Origin: Pseudomonadota bacterium
Lineage (GTDB): Bacteria; Pseudomonadota; Alphaproteobacteria; RF32; CAG-239
NCBI GenBank assembly: GCA_918234285.1
Contig: CAKJXZ020000011.1
Coordinates: 1 to 31,342, forward strand
Direction: 5' to 3'
DNA length: 31,342 nucleotides
Shown here one piece after another: positions 9,025 to 16,990 of this stretch. Under the pieces are notes generated by a model that made no database searches, had not been told where the DNA came from, and saw only the letters and a program-made list of their open reading frames with translations. Each line of letters starts with the position of its first letter. Position 1 is the first letter of the stretch. The translations under genes were made by a program, and so were the position numbers.

Positions 9025-9057
9025 AAAAAAACTCGCTGTTAAAAACGTAGCGAGTTT
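9025..9057 (-). terminator. Terminator/stabilising hairpin after acpP
   Basis: AAACTCGCT...AGCGAGTTT inverted repeat, with a T tract on the minus strand. Confidence 0.65.
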
Positions 9058-9078
9058 AATTAAACAAAGCCTTACGAC

Positions 9079-9312
9079 TTACGCATTCTTAGAAAGATAG
9101 TCAATAGCGTCTTTAACAGTCAGAATCTTTTCAGCAGCCTTATCCGGAATTTCGCAACCGAATTCTTCTTCAAAAGCCATAACCAATTCAACTGTATCCA
9201 AGCTGTCTGCACCCAAATCATCAATAAAGCTTGCAGATTCAACAATCTTTGCTTCTTCAACACCTAAGTGTTTTGCGACAATCTTCTTTACGCGTTCTGC
9301 GGTATCACTCAT
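9079..9312 (-). CDS. acpP: Acyl carrier protein
   Basis: [21 protein letters not shown] phosphopantetheine-site motif. Confidence 0.98.
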   Translation of the reverse strand: MSDTAERVKKIVAKHLGVEEAKIVESASFIDDLGADSLDTVELVMAFEEEFGCEIPDKAAEKILTVKDAIDYLSKNA

Positions 9313-9531
9313 TGTAAATTAACCTCATAAAATTAAAACAAATTTTTTCAGACGAAAGCGCCTGTGATTATCCGTTTACACAAAAATATCTCATTTGACA
9401 AGCATTATTTTCATTTTCTCCCGAAGATTTTGCCTGATATTTTATAAAATAATGTAAAAACAATGAATTACCAGATAACAAAAAGTGTATAAATCCGCCG
9501 GTAAAATTATCATACGGCATTCATAAAATCC

Positions 9532-9560
9532 TTGCCAAGTACAAAAATATCGCTTATATT
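9532..9560 (+). promoter_or_regulatory. Putative sigma70 promoter of mtaB-ftsY
   Basis: TTGCCA-N17-TATATT, followed by a GAGG SD before ATG 9581. Confidence 0.55.
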
Positions 9561-9580
9561 GCCGCCAATGAGGTAAAAAA

Positions 9581-10615
9581 ATGGTGCAAGTTGTTACTTT
9601 CGGCTGCCGTATCAATGCGTACGAGTCCGAAGTCATTAAAGAAAAGCTCAAAAATTACGACAAGCTGATTGTCGTAAACACTTGTGCCGTAACCGGAGAA
9701 GCCGAGCGCCAATGCCGCCAGACCATCCGCAAACTCAAGCGCGAAAACCCCGATTCCGATATTATCGTTACCGGCTGTTCAGCGCAGATAAATGCTGCCA
9801 AACTTGCGGATATGCCGGAAGTTGCGCTGGTTTTGGGCAATAAGGAAAAGCGCGAAATCGAAAAGTATGTCGCCGGTATTTTTGCCGATAAAAATCAGGT
9901 CAGCGACATTTTTGCCGATACCGACTGCGGCGATTATATCATTACCGGTTTTGAGGGGCGTCAGAAGGCCTTTGTGCAAATTCAGCAAGGATGTAACCAT
10001 CGTTGCACTTATTGTATTATCCCTTACGCGCGCGGCAAAAACCGCAGTGTACCGGAAGAGTTGATTATTAAGCAAATTCGCGAACTTTTGGCCGCCGGAT
10101 TTGCCGAAATCTGCCTGACGGGTGTCGATATTTGCTCGTATGAACCATCTTTCAGCGATTTGGTGGCACATATATTGGAGCAAATTCCGGAATTGCCGAC
10201 GCTTGCTTTCGGTTCGCTCGACCCAGCGGCAATAGATGATAAATTTATAGAATTATTACAGAAATACAATAATATATCGAATTATTTTCATCTATCAATT
10301 CAATCCGGCGATAATGAAGTTTTACGTCGCATGGGACGCCGTCATAAACGCGAAGATGTAATTAATTTATGCAATAAAATCAGAGAGATATTACCACAAA
10401 TTAAATTCGGGGCTGATTTTATTTGCGGTTTTCCGGGCGAAAGCGAAGAAGCCTTTGAAAACACCTGCAAATTGGTTGCGGAAGCCGGCCTTAACAAACT
10501 GCACGTTTTCCCTTATTCGGAGCGTTCAGGCACCCCGGCGGCAAAAATGGAGCAGTTACCGATGGAAGAACGTCGACGTCGTGCCGCAATTTTAAGAGAT
10601 TTAAGTGAGGAATAA
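9581..10615 (+). CDS. mtaB: Radical SAM tRNA methylthiotransferase, MtaB-like (no TRAM domain)
   Basis: TFGCRINAYESE, VNTCAVT, VTGC, CNHRCTYC, HLSIQSG and HVFPYSERSGTPA; upstream of ftsY as in Alphaproteobacteria. Confidence 0.88.
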   Translation: MVQVVTFGCRINAYESEVIKEKLKNYDKLIVVNTCAVTGEAERQCRQTIRKLKRENPDSDIIVTGCSAQINAAKLADMPEVALVLGNKEKREIEKYVAGIFADKNQVSDIFADTDCGDYIITGFEGRQKAFVQIQQGCNHRCTYCIIPYARGKNRSVPEELIIKQIRELLAAGFAEICLTGVDICSYEPSFSDLVAHILEQIPELPTLAFGSLDPAAIDDKFIELLQKYNNISNYFHLSIQSGDNEVLRRMGRRHKREDVINLCNKIREILPQIKFGADFICGFPGESEEAFENTCKLVAEAGLNKLHVFPYSERSGTPAAKMEQLPMEERRRRAAILRDLSEE

Positions 10616-11536
10616 ATGAGTTTTTGGGAAAAACTGGGACTGGGATTAAAAAAGACATCAAACGCCATAACCGGCGGAATTTCCGATATATTTACCAAGA
10701 AAAAATTAGATTCGTCCACCGTTGAGGAGTTGGAAGAACTGCTGATTGCGGCCGATTTCGGAGTTGCCACCGCCGGCGAAATAATGCAAAAATTCGCCGC
10801 GCAAAAACAAGATAAAGAAATTACCGACGAGGAAATCCGCACCCTGCTCGCCGCCGAAATTGAACAGCGTTTAACCCCGTGTGAACAAGCTTTTACCATA
10901 GATTCGGTGCAAAATCCGTATGTTATTCTGATGGTCGGCGTCAACGGTGCCGGCAAAACCACCACCATCGGCAAGTTGGCGGCAAAATTGCAGCAACAAG
11001 GCAAAAAAGTTTCGTTTATTGCCGGAGATACTTTCCGTGCCGCCGCGGTCGAACAGCTTAAAGTATGGGCCGAGCGCCTGAATATCCGCGTCTTTGCCGG
11101 TCCTGACGGTTGCGACAGCGCCGGTTTATGCTACGACGGTCTCAATGCCGCAATCAAAAACGGCGATGATGTAGTATTTATCGATACTGCCGGCCGTCTA
11201 CAAAACAAAAGCGGTCTGATGGACGAGCTCAAAAAAATCGTGCGGGTTATGCAAAAAGTGATTTCCGATGCTCCGCACAAGGTGTTGCTGACTTTGGATG
11301 CCACCACCGGCCAAAATGCGGTGTCGCAAGTGCAGATTTTCCGCGAAATCGTCGGGGTTAACGGCCTGATTGTCACCAAACTTGATGGCACCTCCAAAGG
11401 CGGGATTTTGGTGGCGATTGCCGCAGAGAGCAAGTTGCCGATTTATTTTATCGGAGTCGGCGAGAAAATCGAAGATTTAGACACCTTTTCCGCCCGCGAT
11501 TATTCCCGTCAGCTTTTAAGCTTGCCAAAAGCATAA
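10616..11536 (+). CDS. ftsY: Signal recognition particle receptor FtsY
   Basis: GVNGAGKTTTIGKLA, DTFRAAA, DTAGRLQ, DATTGQN and TKLDGTSKGG. Confidence 0.97.
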   Translation: MSFWEKLGLGLKKTSNAITGGISDIFTKKKLDSSTVEELEELLIAADFGVATAGEIMQKFAAQKQDKEITDEEIRTLLAAEIEQRLTPCEQAFTIDSVQNPYVILMVGVNGAGKTTTIGKLAAKLQQQGKKVSFIAGDTFRAAAVEQLKVWAERLNIRVFAGPDGCDSAGLCYDGLNAAIKNGDDVVFIDTAGRLQNKSGLMDELKKIVRVMQKVISDAPHKVLLTLDATTGQNAVSQVQIFREIVGVNGLIVTKLDGTSKGGILVAIAAESKLPIYFIGVGEKIEDLDTFSARDYSRQLLSLPKA

Positions 11537-11552
11537 TTTCCGCAAAAATCTG

Positions 11553-11581
11553 TTGCGTTTTGCGATATTTTCTGTTATCGT
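11553..11581 (+). promoter_or_regulatory. Putative promoter of the LRR-like gene pair
   Basis: TTGCGT-N17-TATCGT with a TGn extension. Confidence 0.45.
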
Positions 11582-11611
11582 TAGACATAAAGACAATGAC
11601 GGAGTGTGCCA

Positions 11612-12568
11612 ATGGCGGAATTAAACGAAAAATTTGAATTCAAGCAAGACGGAAAGATTTACAGCCTGTACGATTTGCCGGACGGATTTGTCATCAAAGG
11701 CAACGTGGATTTGGAAAATAAAGAGCTGAAAGAATTGCCGGATTTATCAAAAGTTACGGTACAGGGTAATTTTTATTGCGGCGATAATCAACTGACATCA
11801 TTAAAAGGCGCCCCGCTAAAAGTATACGGAGATTTTAGGTGTAATGATAATCAGCTGACTACCTTACTAGGAGCGCCAAAGGAAGTCGGCGGCATTTTTA
11901 ATTGTGACTATAACCAACTGACAACCTTACAAGGTGCGCCGCAAAAAGTAGGAGGATATTTCGGTTGCAACAATAACAAGCTTATTTCCTTGCAAGGAGC
12001 CCCAAAGGAAGTCGGCGGAGATTTTGTATGCAGCGGTAATCAACTGACCTCTTTACAATGGGCCCCACAAAAAGTCGGCAAGGATTTCTTTTGCCATAAT
12101 AATAAATTGACCACCTTGCAAGGTGCGCCACAAGAAGTCGGCAGAGATTTTGTGTGTAGCGATAATCAACTGACTTCTCTGCGAGATGCTCCGCAAAAAG
12201 TCGAAGGTGATTTTTGTTGCGATGATAATCGCCTGACCTCCTTGGTAGGAGCGCCGCAAAAACTCGGGGGATACTTTGATTGCCGCGACAATGCTGATTT
12301 ACCGTCTCTGTTCGGATTACCTGAGATGAAGGAAGATAAAACAATAAAATGCGATGATGAACTTATAAAAAGATATGATTGTCAGAAGTCTGAATATGGC
12401 GATATTAATTACAAAGATTTGATTGAAAGTACGGTTTATCAAAATGAGCTTAAAATAGCAGAGCTCCGCCGGAAAAAGCACGAGGAAAATAAAGTCGCTC
12501 AAAATAAGTTCAAAGCCGGATTTGAATCGTTTAAAAAGCAATTTAAACCGACAGAGCGCGAAGATTAA
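11612..12568 (+). CDS. LRR-like repeat protein 1 (8 full 21-aa repeats plus a capping repeat)
   Basis: Repeat consensus VGGxFxCxxNxLTSLxGAPxx. ATG 11612 is 7 nt after GGAG (the track start is GTG 11606). No signal peptide or TM. Confidence 0.85.
   Translation: MAELNEKFEFKQDGKIYSLYDLPDGFVIKGNVDLENKELKELPDLSKVTVQGNFYCGDNQLTSLKGAPLKVYGDFRCNDNQLTTLLGAPKEVGGIFNCDYNQLTTLQGAPQKVGGYFGCNNNKLISLQGAPKEVGGDFVCSGNQLTSLQWAPQKVGKDFFCHNNKLTTLQGAPQEVGRDFVCSDNQLTSLRDAPQKVEGDFCCDDNRLTSLVGAPQKLGGYFDCRDNADLPSLFGLPEMKEDKTIKCDDELIKRYDCQKSEYGDINYKDLIESTVYQNELKIAELRRKKHEENKVAQNKFKAGFESFKKQFKPTERED
11759..12325 (+). repeat. Coding tandem repeat, 63-bp unit, about 9 copies
   Basis: Units start at 11759, 11822, 11885, 11948 and so on. 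Confidence 0.9.
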
Positions 12569-12581
12569 GAGGAAGTAGCCA

Positions 12582-13457
12582 ATGGTAAAAAGTTTGTTGC
12601 AACAAATAAAAGCTAAGGCAAAAAAAATCCCGTTTATACCGTTTAGGCAAGACGGTAAAACTTACAACATGTATGACATGCCAGATGGCTTTGTAATTAA
12701 AGGCGATTTAAATTTAAGCTATAAAAATTTAACCGAACTGCCGGATTTATCGAAAGTCATTGTTAAAGGGGATTTTGATTGCCAAAATAACGAACTGACT
12801 TCGCTAAAAGGAACACCACAAGAGGTCGGCGGGGATTTTGATTGCAGTCATAATAATCTGACATCTTTGGAGGGAGCACCGCAAGAAGTCGGCGGTGACT
12901 TTGATTGCCATTGGAATAATCTACCATCTTTACAAGGAGCCCCGCAAGAAGTCGGCGGTAATTTTTATTGCTATAATAATCAACTAGCCTCCTTACAAGG
13001 TGCACCGCGCGAAGTCGGAGGAGATTTTATGTGTCAAAATAACGAACTGACCTCCCTACAAGGAGCACCGCAAGCAGTCGGCGGAGAGTTTGGTTGCCAC
13101 AACAATCATCTGACCTCCTTGCAAGGAGCACCAAAGGAAATCGGAGGAGATTTTTGTTTCAAGGGCAATGATGACTTATCATCTTTATTCGGATTGTCTA
13201 AGATGCCGAAAGATAAAGAAATATATTGCGATGATGCGCTAGAAGAAAAATATGATTGTCCTAAATCACAAAATAACGGTATTTATTATAAAGATTTGCT
13301 TAAGAGCTCGGCTTATCAAAGTGAGATAAGTATTAACCGATTTCTTGCGAAAATAAACAACCGGAATAAAGCGGAAAAAGATAACAAACGGCGTCAGAAA
13401 TTAAAAGCCGGATTTGCCGCGTTCAGAAAGAAACAGGCCGAGGAACGCGAGGAATAA
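12582..13457 (+). CDS. LRR-like repeat protein 2 (6 full 21-aa repeats plus a capping repeat), paralogue of the upstream gene
   Basis: Same N-cap (QDGK.Y..YD.PDGFVIKG...ELPDLSKV), repeats and C-cap (DL.SLFGL...CDD.L...YDC.KS...YKDL). GAGGA SD. Confidence 0.85.
   Translation: MVKSLLQQIKAKAKKIPFIPFRQDGKTYNMYDMPDGFVIKGDLNLSYKNLTELPDLSKVIVKGDFDCQNNELTSLKGTPQEVGGDFDCSHNNLTSLEGAPQEVGGDFDCHWNNLPSLQGAPQEVGGNFYCYNNQLASLQGAPREVGGDFMCQNNELTSLQGAPQAVGGEFGCHNNHLTSLQGAPKEIGGDFCFKGNDDLSSLFGLSKMPKDKEIYCDDALEEKYDCPKSQNNGIYYKDLLKSSAYQSEISINRFLAKINNRNKAEKDNKRRQKLKAGFAAFRKKQAEEREE
12762..13202 (+). repeat. Coding tandem repeat, 63-bp unit, about 7 copies
   Basis: gaagtcggcgg-like starts recur at 63-nt spacing. 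Confidence 0.9.
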
Positions 13458-13530
13458 ATAACAACTCGGACTTCGGCTTATTATCGCGGGGCATAACTTT
13501 ATCAATTACCGCGTTTTTTTACCCTGAAAA

Positions 13531-13607
13531 TGGTGCAAGCGGGCGGACTCGAACCGCCTGCCTACTTCTTAGGAGGAAGTCGCTCTATCCTGATGAGCTA
13601 CGCCTGC
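13531..13607 (-). tRNA. tRNA-Arg(CCT)
   Basis: Minus strand: acceptor GCAGGCG/CGCTTGC, D-loop with GGA20, anticodon arm ACTTC-CTCCTAA-GAAGT, T-arm GGCGG-TTCGAGT-CCGCC, ACCA end. Confidence 0.96.
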
Positions 13608-13616
13608 AACGCCTCA

Positions 13617-13710
13617 TATATAAAACCATTTACCGTAAAACGCAAGAATATTTTACACTTTGAACAATACCCTAAAAAACTATTGCATTTTATATAACTG
13701 ACGCTATAAT
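13617..13710. promoter_or_regulatory. Divergent promoters for tRNA-Arg (-) and the hydrogenase operon (+)
   Basis: Minus: TTGCGT-N17-TATATA (13645-13617). Plus: TTGCAT-N16-TATAAT (13683-13710). Confidence 0.55.
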
Positions 13711-13751
13711 ATCGGCACATTTTAAACTAACGAAAATAAAGGATTTTTTTA

Positions 13752-15194
13752 ATGCTGACGCCAAAAAATAATGCTGCGTTTATGAGACTGGCGGTTTTGA
13801 CTGCGGTTGCCAAGAGTTTTATGGAAAATAATTTTGCCGACATCGATAATGTGCCGAACCTGATTTTGCCGGACGATACTCCGGCCAAACGCGGCTCGCT
13901 CGGTCGCGACCGATTGGTGGTTAAAATGCAATGTGCCGCCGCCATGGGATACACTCCGGCCTTTCTGCCGCTTGATACCAAATTATCCGAGCTGGTGGGC
14001 GAAACACTTGCCCGCACCGCACCGCAAAAAGCCACGGTTTCGGTTATTCGTGAAGCTTGCAACGCTTGCAAATCAAAGTGCTATATCGTCAGCGACCAAT
14101 GCCAAGGCTGTTACGCCCGTCCGTGCGAGGTAAACTGCCCGAAAAAAGCCATCACGGTGGAAAATCAGGCTCATATCAATCAGGATTTATGCATCAAATG
14201 CGGAATTTGTTATTCAAACTGCCCGTACGGCGCCATTCATAAAGCGGTTGTTCCGTGCGAAGATGCTTGTCCGGTGGGCGCACTCGGTAAAGAGGTCGAC
14301 GGCAGAGAATTTATTGACCAAGACAAATGTATTTCTTGCGGCAAATGCCTGCTCTCCTGCCCGTTTGGCGCGATTGTGCATAATTCACAGATTATCGACG
14401 TATTGAACGCCATCAAAAATCCGAACAAGAAAACGGTTGCCATGCTGGCGCCGGCGGTTATCGGCCAATTCGGCAACGATTTGGGCAAAGTTATTGCCGC
14501 TTTCAAAAAGCTCGGCTTTGATGAGGTGGTGGAAGTGGCGCAAGGTGCCGATGTTACCACTCGTACCGAGGCGGCCGAATTTATCGAACGCATGGAAGAA
14601 GGAGCCAAGTTTATGACCACTTCATGCTGTCCGGCGTGGGTTGCCGCCACCGAAAAACATATTCCGGAAATTAAGCCGTTTGTTTCCAACGCCGGCAGCC
14701 CGATGTATTACATTGCCGAAATCGTTAAAAAGGCCGACCCGGATTGTCATTCCGTGTTTGTCGGCCCGTGCCTGGCCAAACGCCTCGAAGCCGAGAAAAA
14801 TCCGAATGTGGACAATGTTCTGGTGTTTGAAGAAGCAACCGCTCTCCTCGATGCCGCCGGTATTAAAGTGGCGGAAATGGAAGCCGATAAGTTTGCGGTG
14901 GAATCTTCGGCGCAGGGCCGTCGTTACCCGCTTTCGGGCGGTGTGGCCGGTGCGGTTGAGTTTGTGGTCGGCGATAAAGCGCTGTATAAGCCGGAAGCCA
15001 TCAACGGCCTCAATGCCGACGCCGTTAAAAAACTCAAACGTTATGCCACCAATCCGCCGGCAGATTTCAATATGATTGAAGTTATGTGTTGCGAAGGCGG
15101 CTGTATTGCCGGCCCGGGTACAACCTGTATGGCAAAAAAAGCGGCGGTGATGGTCGAAAATTATGTTAAAACCAGTACGGATATCGAGAAATAG
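13752..15194 (+). CDS. Monomeric [FeFe]-hydrogenase with N-terminal ferredoxin domains (group B-like)
   Basis: H-cluster motifs L1 TSCCPAW, L2 GPCLAKRLE and L3 EVMCCEGGCIAGPG; LAPAV; FeS motifs CQGCYARPCEVNCP, CIKCGICYSNCP, PCEDACP and CISCGKCLLSCP. Confidence 0.92.
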   Translation: MLTPKNNAAFMRLAVLTAVAKSFMENNFADIDNVPNLILPDDTPAKRGSLGRDRLVVKMQCAAAMGYTPAFLPLDTKLSELVGETLARTAPQKATVSVIREACNACKSKCYIVSDQCQGCYARPCEVNCPKKAITVENQAHINQDLCIKCGICYSNCPYGAIHKAVVPCEDACPVGALGKEVDGREFIDQDKCISCGKCLLSCPFGAIVHNSQIIDVLNAIKNPNKKTVAMLAPAVIGQFGNDLGKVIAAFKKLGFDEVVEVAQGADVTTRTEAAEFIERMEEGAKFMTTSCCPAWVAATEKHIPEIKPFVSNAGSPMYYIAEIVKKADPDCHSVFVGPCLAKRLEAEKNPNVDNVLVFEEATALLDAAGIKVAEMEADKFAVESSAQGRRYPLSGGVAGAVEFVVGDKALYKPEAINGLNADAVKKLKRYATNPPADFNMIEVMCCEGGCIAGPGTTCMAKKAAVMVENYVKTSTDIEK

Positions 15195-15196
15195 CC

Positions 15197-16522
15197 ATGG
15201 AAAAAATATCTTCGGAAAAATTGGCGGAAATATTAGGGGTTAAGCATAAAATAGCGCCGGCGGAAATCAGCAAAATCTCCACCGACAGCCGCAAAATTGA
15301 TGCCGATACCCTCTTTATCGCGCTCAAGGGCGAACGTTTTGACGCGCACGATTTTGTGAAAGACGTTATCAATGCCGGCTGTCCGTTGGTTGTGGTGGAA
15401 CGCCTGATTGACGGAGTTGCGCCGGAAAAACAGCTTGTTGTTGATGATACGCTCAAAGCCTACGGCAAAATCGGTGCCTATAACCGTAGTTTGTTTAAGG
15501 GTACGGTCATCGGCTTGACCGGCAGTGCCGGCAAAACCACCACTAAGGAAGAAATCGCCTTTTTGCTCTCCAAATTCGGCAAAACTTACGCCACAAGCGG
15601 TAATCACAACAACTTTGTCGGCGTGCCGCAAAGCCTGTGCGAAATCGCTATGGATGCCGAATACGCCGTGATTGAAATGGGGATGAGTGCCAAAGGCGAA
15701 ATCTCGTATTTAACAAATCTGGTTAAACCGAATGTGGCACTTGTCACCAACGTTTATCCGATGCATATTGAATTTTTTGAAAATTTTGAAGGTATTGCCT
15801 ATGCCAAAGCCGAAATTTTTGAGGGTTTGCAAGAAGGCGGCACGGCTATTATCAATGCCGACACCAATTTTGCCGATATATTGGAAAAACAGGCACATTT
15901 AAAAACCGATAAAGTTATCAAATTCGGCAAAAACGCACGTCCTACCGATAATTTTACCACCCAAGAAAGCGGCGAACAATATCTGTATAACGCGTGGTGC
16001 GCTTTAAGTGTGGTGAAAGCACTCGGTCTGGATGTGGAAAAAGCGGCTGCTTATATCAAAGATTTCGGAGCGTTGGACGGCCGCGGCAAACAACACAAGC
16101 TGAAACTGGCAAACGGCGGGGTTTACACCTTGATTGACGACAGCTACTCCGGCCAGCCCGAAGCGATGATTATGGCAATCAAAAGCCTCGATAAAATGCC
16201 GACAAACGGCCGCAAGATTGTGGCTTTGGGCAAAATGGCCGAGCTTGGCGATACCTCGCTGGAGCGCCATAAGGAAATCGGCAAAGTTCTGGCAGATTCT
16301 TCGGTTGATATTGTCATCGGTGTGTGTCCGGAAATGCGCGATATGTTGGCCGAATTGCCTGCAAAAAAAACGCAATTTTATTTTGAGAACAAAGACGGTG
16401 TCGCCGATTTTTTACTCAATAAACTCTTGCAAAACGGCGATACCATACTTATAAAGGGTGCCAGATATTCGTCAAAAATGTATCAGGTAACCGAAGAACT
16501 TATTAAACGGGGAGAAAGCTGA
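15197..16522 (+). CDS. murF: UDP-MurNAc-tripeptide--D-Ala-D-Ala ligase MurF (divergent)
   Basis: STDSR, LFIALKGERFDAHDF, TGSAGKTTTKE, NHNN..GVP, VIEMGM, AKAEIF, IDDSY, MAELG and ILIKG. Confidence 0.9.
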   Translation: MEKISSEKLAEILGVKHKIAPAEISKISTDSRKIDADTLFIALKGERFDAHDFVKDVINAGCPLVVVERLIDGVAPEKQLVVDDTLKAYGKIGAYNRSLFKGTVIGLTGSAGKTTTKEEIAFLLSKFGKTYATSGNHNNFVGVPQSLCEIAMDAEYAVIEMGMSAKGEISYLTNLVKPNVALVTNVYPMHIEFFENFEGIAYAKAEIFEGLQEGGTAIINADTNFADILEKQAHLKTDKVIKFGKNARPTDNFTTQESGEQYLYNAWCALSVVKALGLDVEKAAAYIKDFGALDGRGKQHKLKLANGGVYTLIDDSYSGQPEAMIMAIKSLDKMPTNGRKIVALGKMAELGDTSLERHKEIGKVLADSSVDIVIGVCPEMRDMLAELPAKKTQFYFENKDGVADFLLNKLLQNGDTILIKGARYSSKMYQVTEELIKRGES

Positions 16523-16989
16523 TGAAATGTCCGTTTTGCGGCTGTGATGAAACTCAGGTAAAAGATTCGCGCAACACCGATGACAATACCGCCATTCGTC
16601 GTCGTCGCGAATGTCCGGAATGCGGCTCACGTTTTACGACCTTTGAGCGGGTTTCGTTGCGCGAACTGATTGTGATAAAGAAAAACGGCGAAAAAACCCT
16701 GTTTGACCGTGATAAACTGGCAAAATCAATTATGCTGGCGGTGCGTAAACGCCCGATTTCATCGGAACGGGTTGATAAAATCGTTACTTCGTTGCAACGC
16801 CAGTTTGAAAATTCCGGTGAAAGCGAAATCACCACCACCCAAATCGGCGAAAGCGTAATGCAGGCTCTGGCCCATCTTGATAAAATCGCCTATATCCGCT
16901 TTGCTTCGGTTTACAAAGACTTTAAAGACGTCAGCGAGTTCGTGGCCACAATCGAAAAACTGACCGATGATAATGAAGGAGATGAATAA
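16522..16989 (+). CDS. nrdR: Transcriptional repressor NrdR
   Basis: MKCPFC, VKDSR, IRRRRECPECGSRFTTFE, ATP cone and AYIRFASVY. Confidence 0.97.
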   Translation: MKCPFCGCDETQVKDSRNTDDNTAIRRRRECPECGSRFTTFERVSLRELIVIKKNGEKTLFDRDKLAKSIMLAVRKRPISSERVDKIVTSLQRQFENSGESEITTTQIGESVMQALAHLDKIAYIRFASVYKDFKDVSEFVATIEKLTDDNEGDE

Positions 16990-16990
16990 A

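Noticed and set aside
1-10615. miaA, trhP, mtaB and ASCH as a dedicated tRNA-modification system
   Set aside because: Only miaA and the U32 gene are co-operonic. mtaB is in its normal ftsY context and the rest are separated by unrelated genes.
11759-13202. 63-bp periodic repeats as a CRISPR array or DGR target
   Set aside because: The repeats are in-frame coding units with synonymous variation and no unique spacers or cas genes. There is no reverse transcriptase or template/variable pair differing only at adenines.
13485-13520. CGCGG...CCGCG plus T7 as a terminator of the LRR operon
   Set aside because: It has only a 5-bp stem with a 19-nt loop; possible, but not supported well enough to list.
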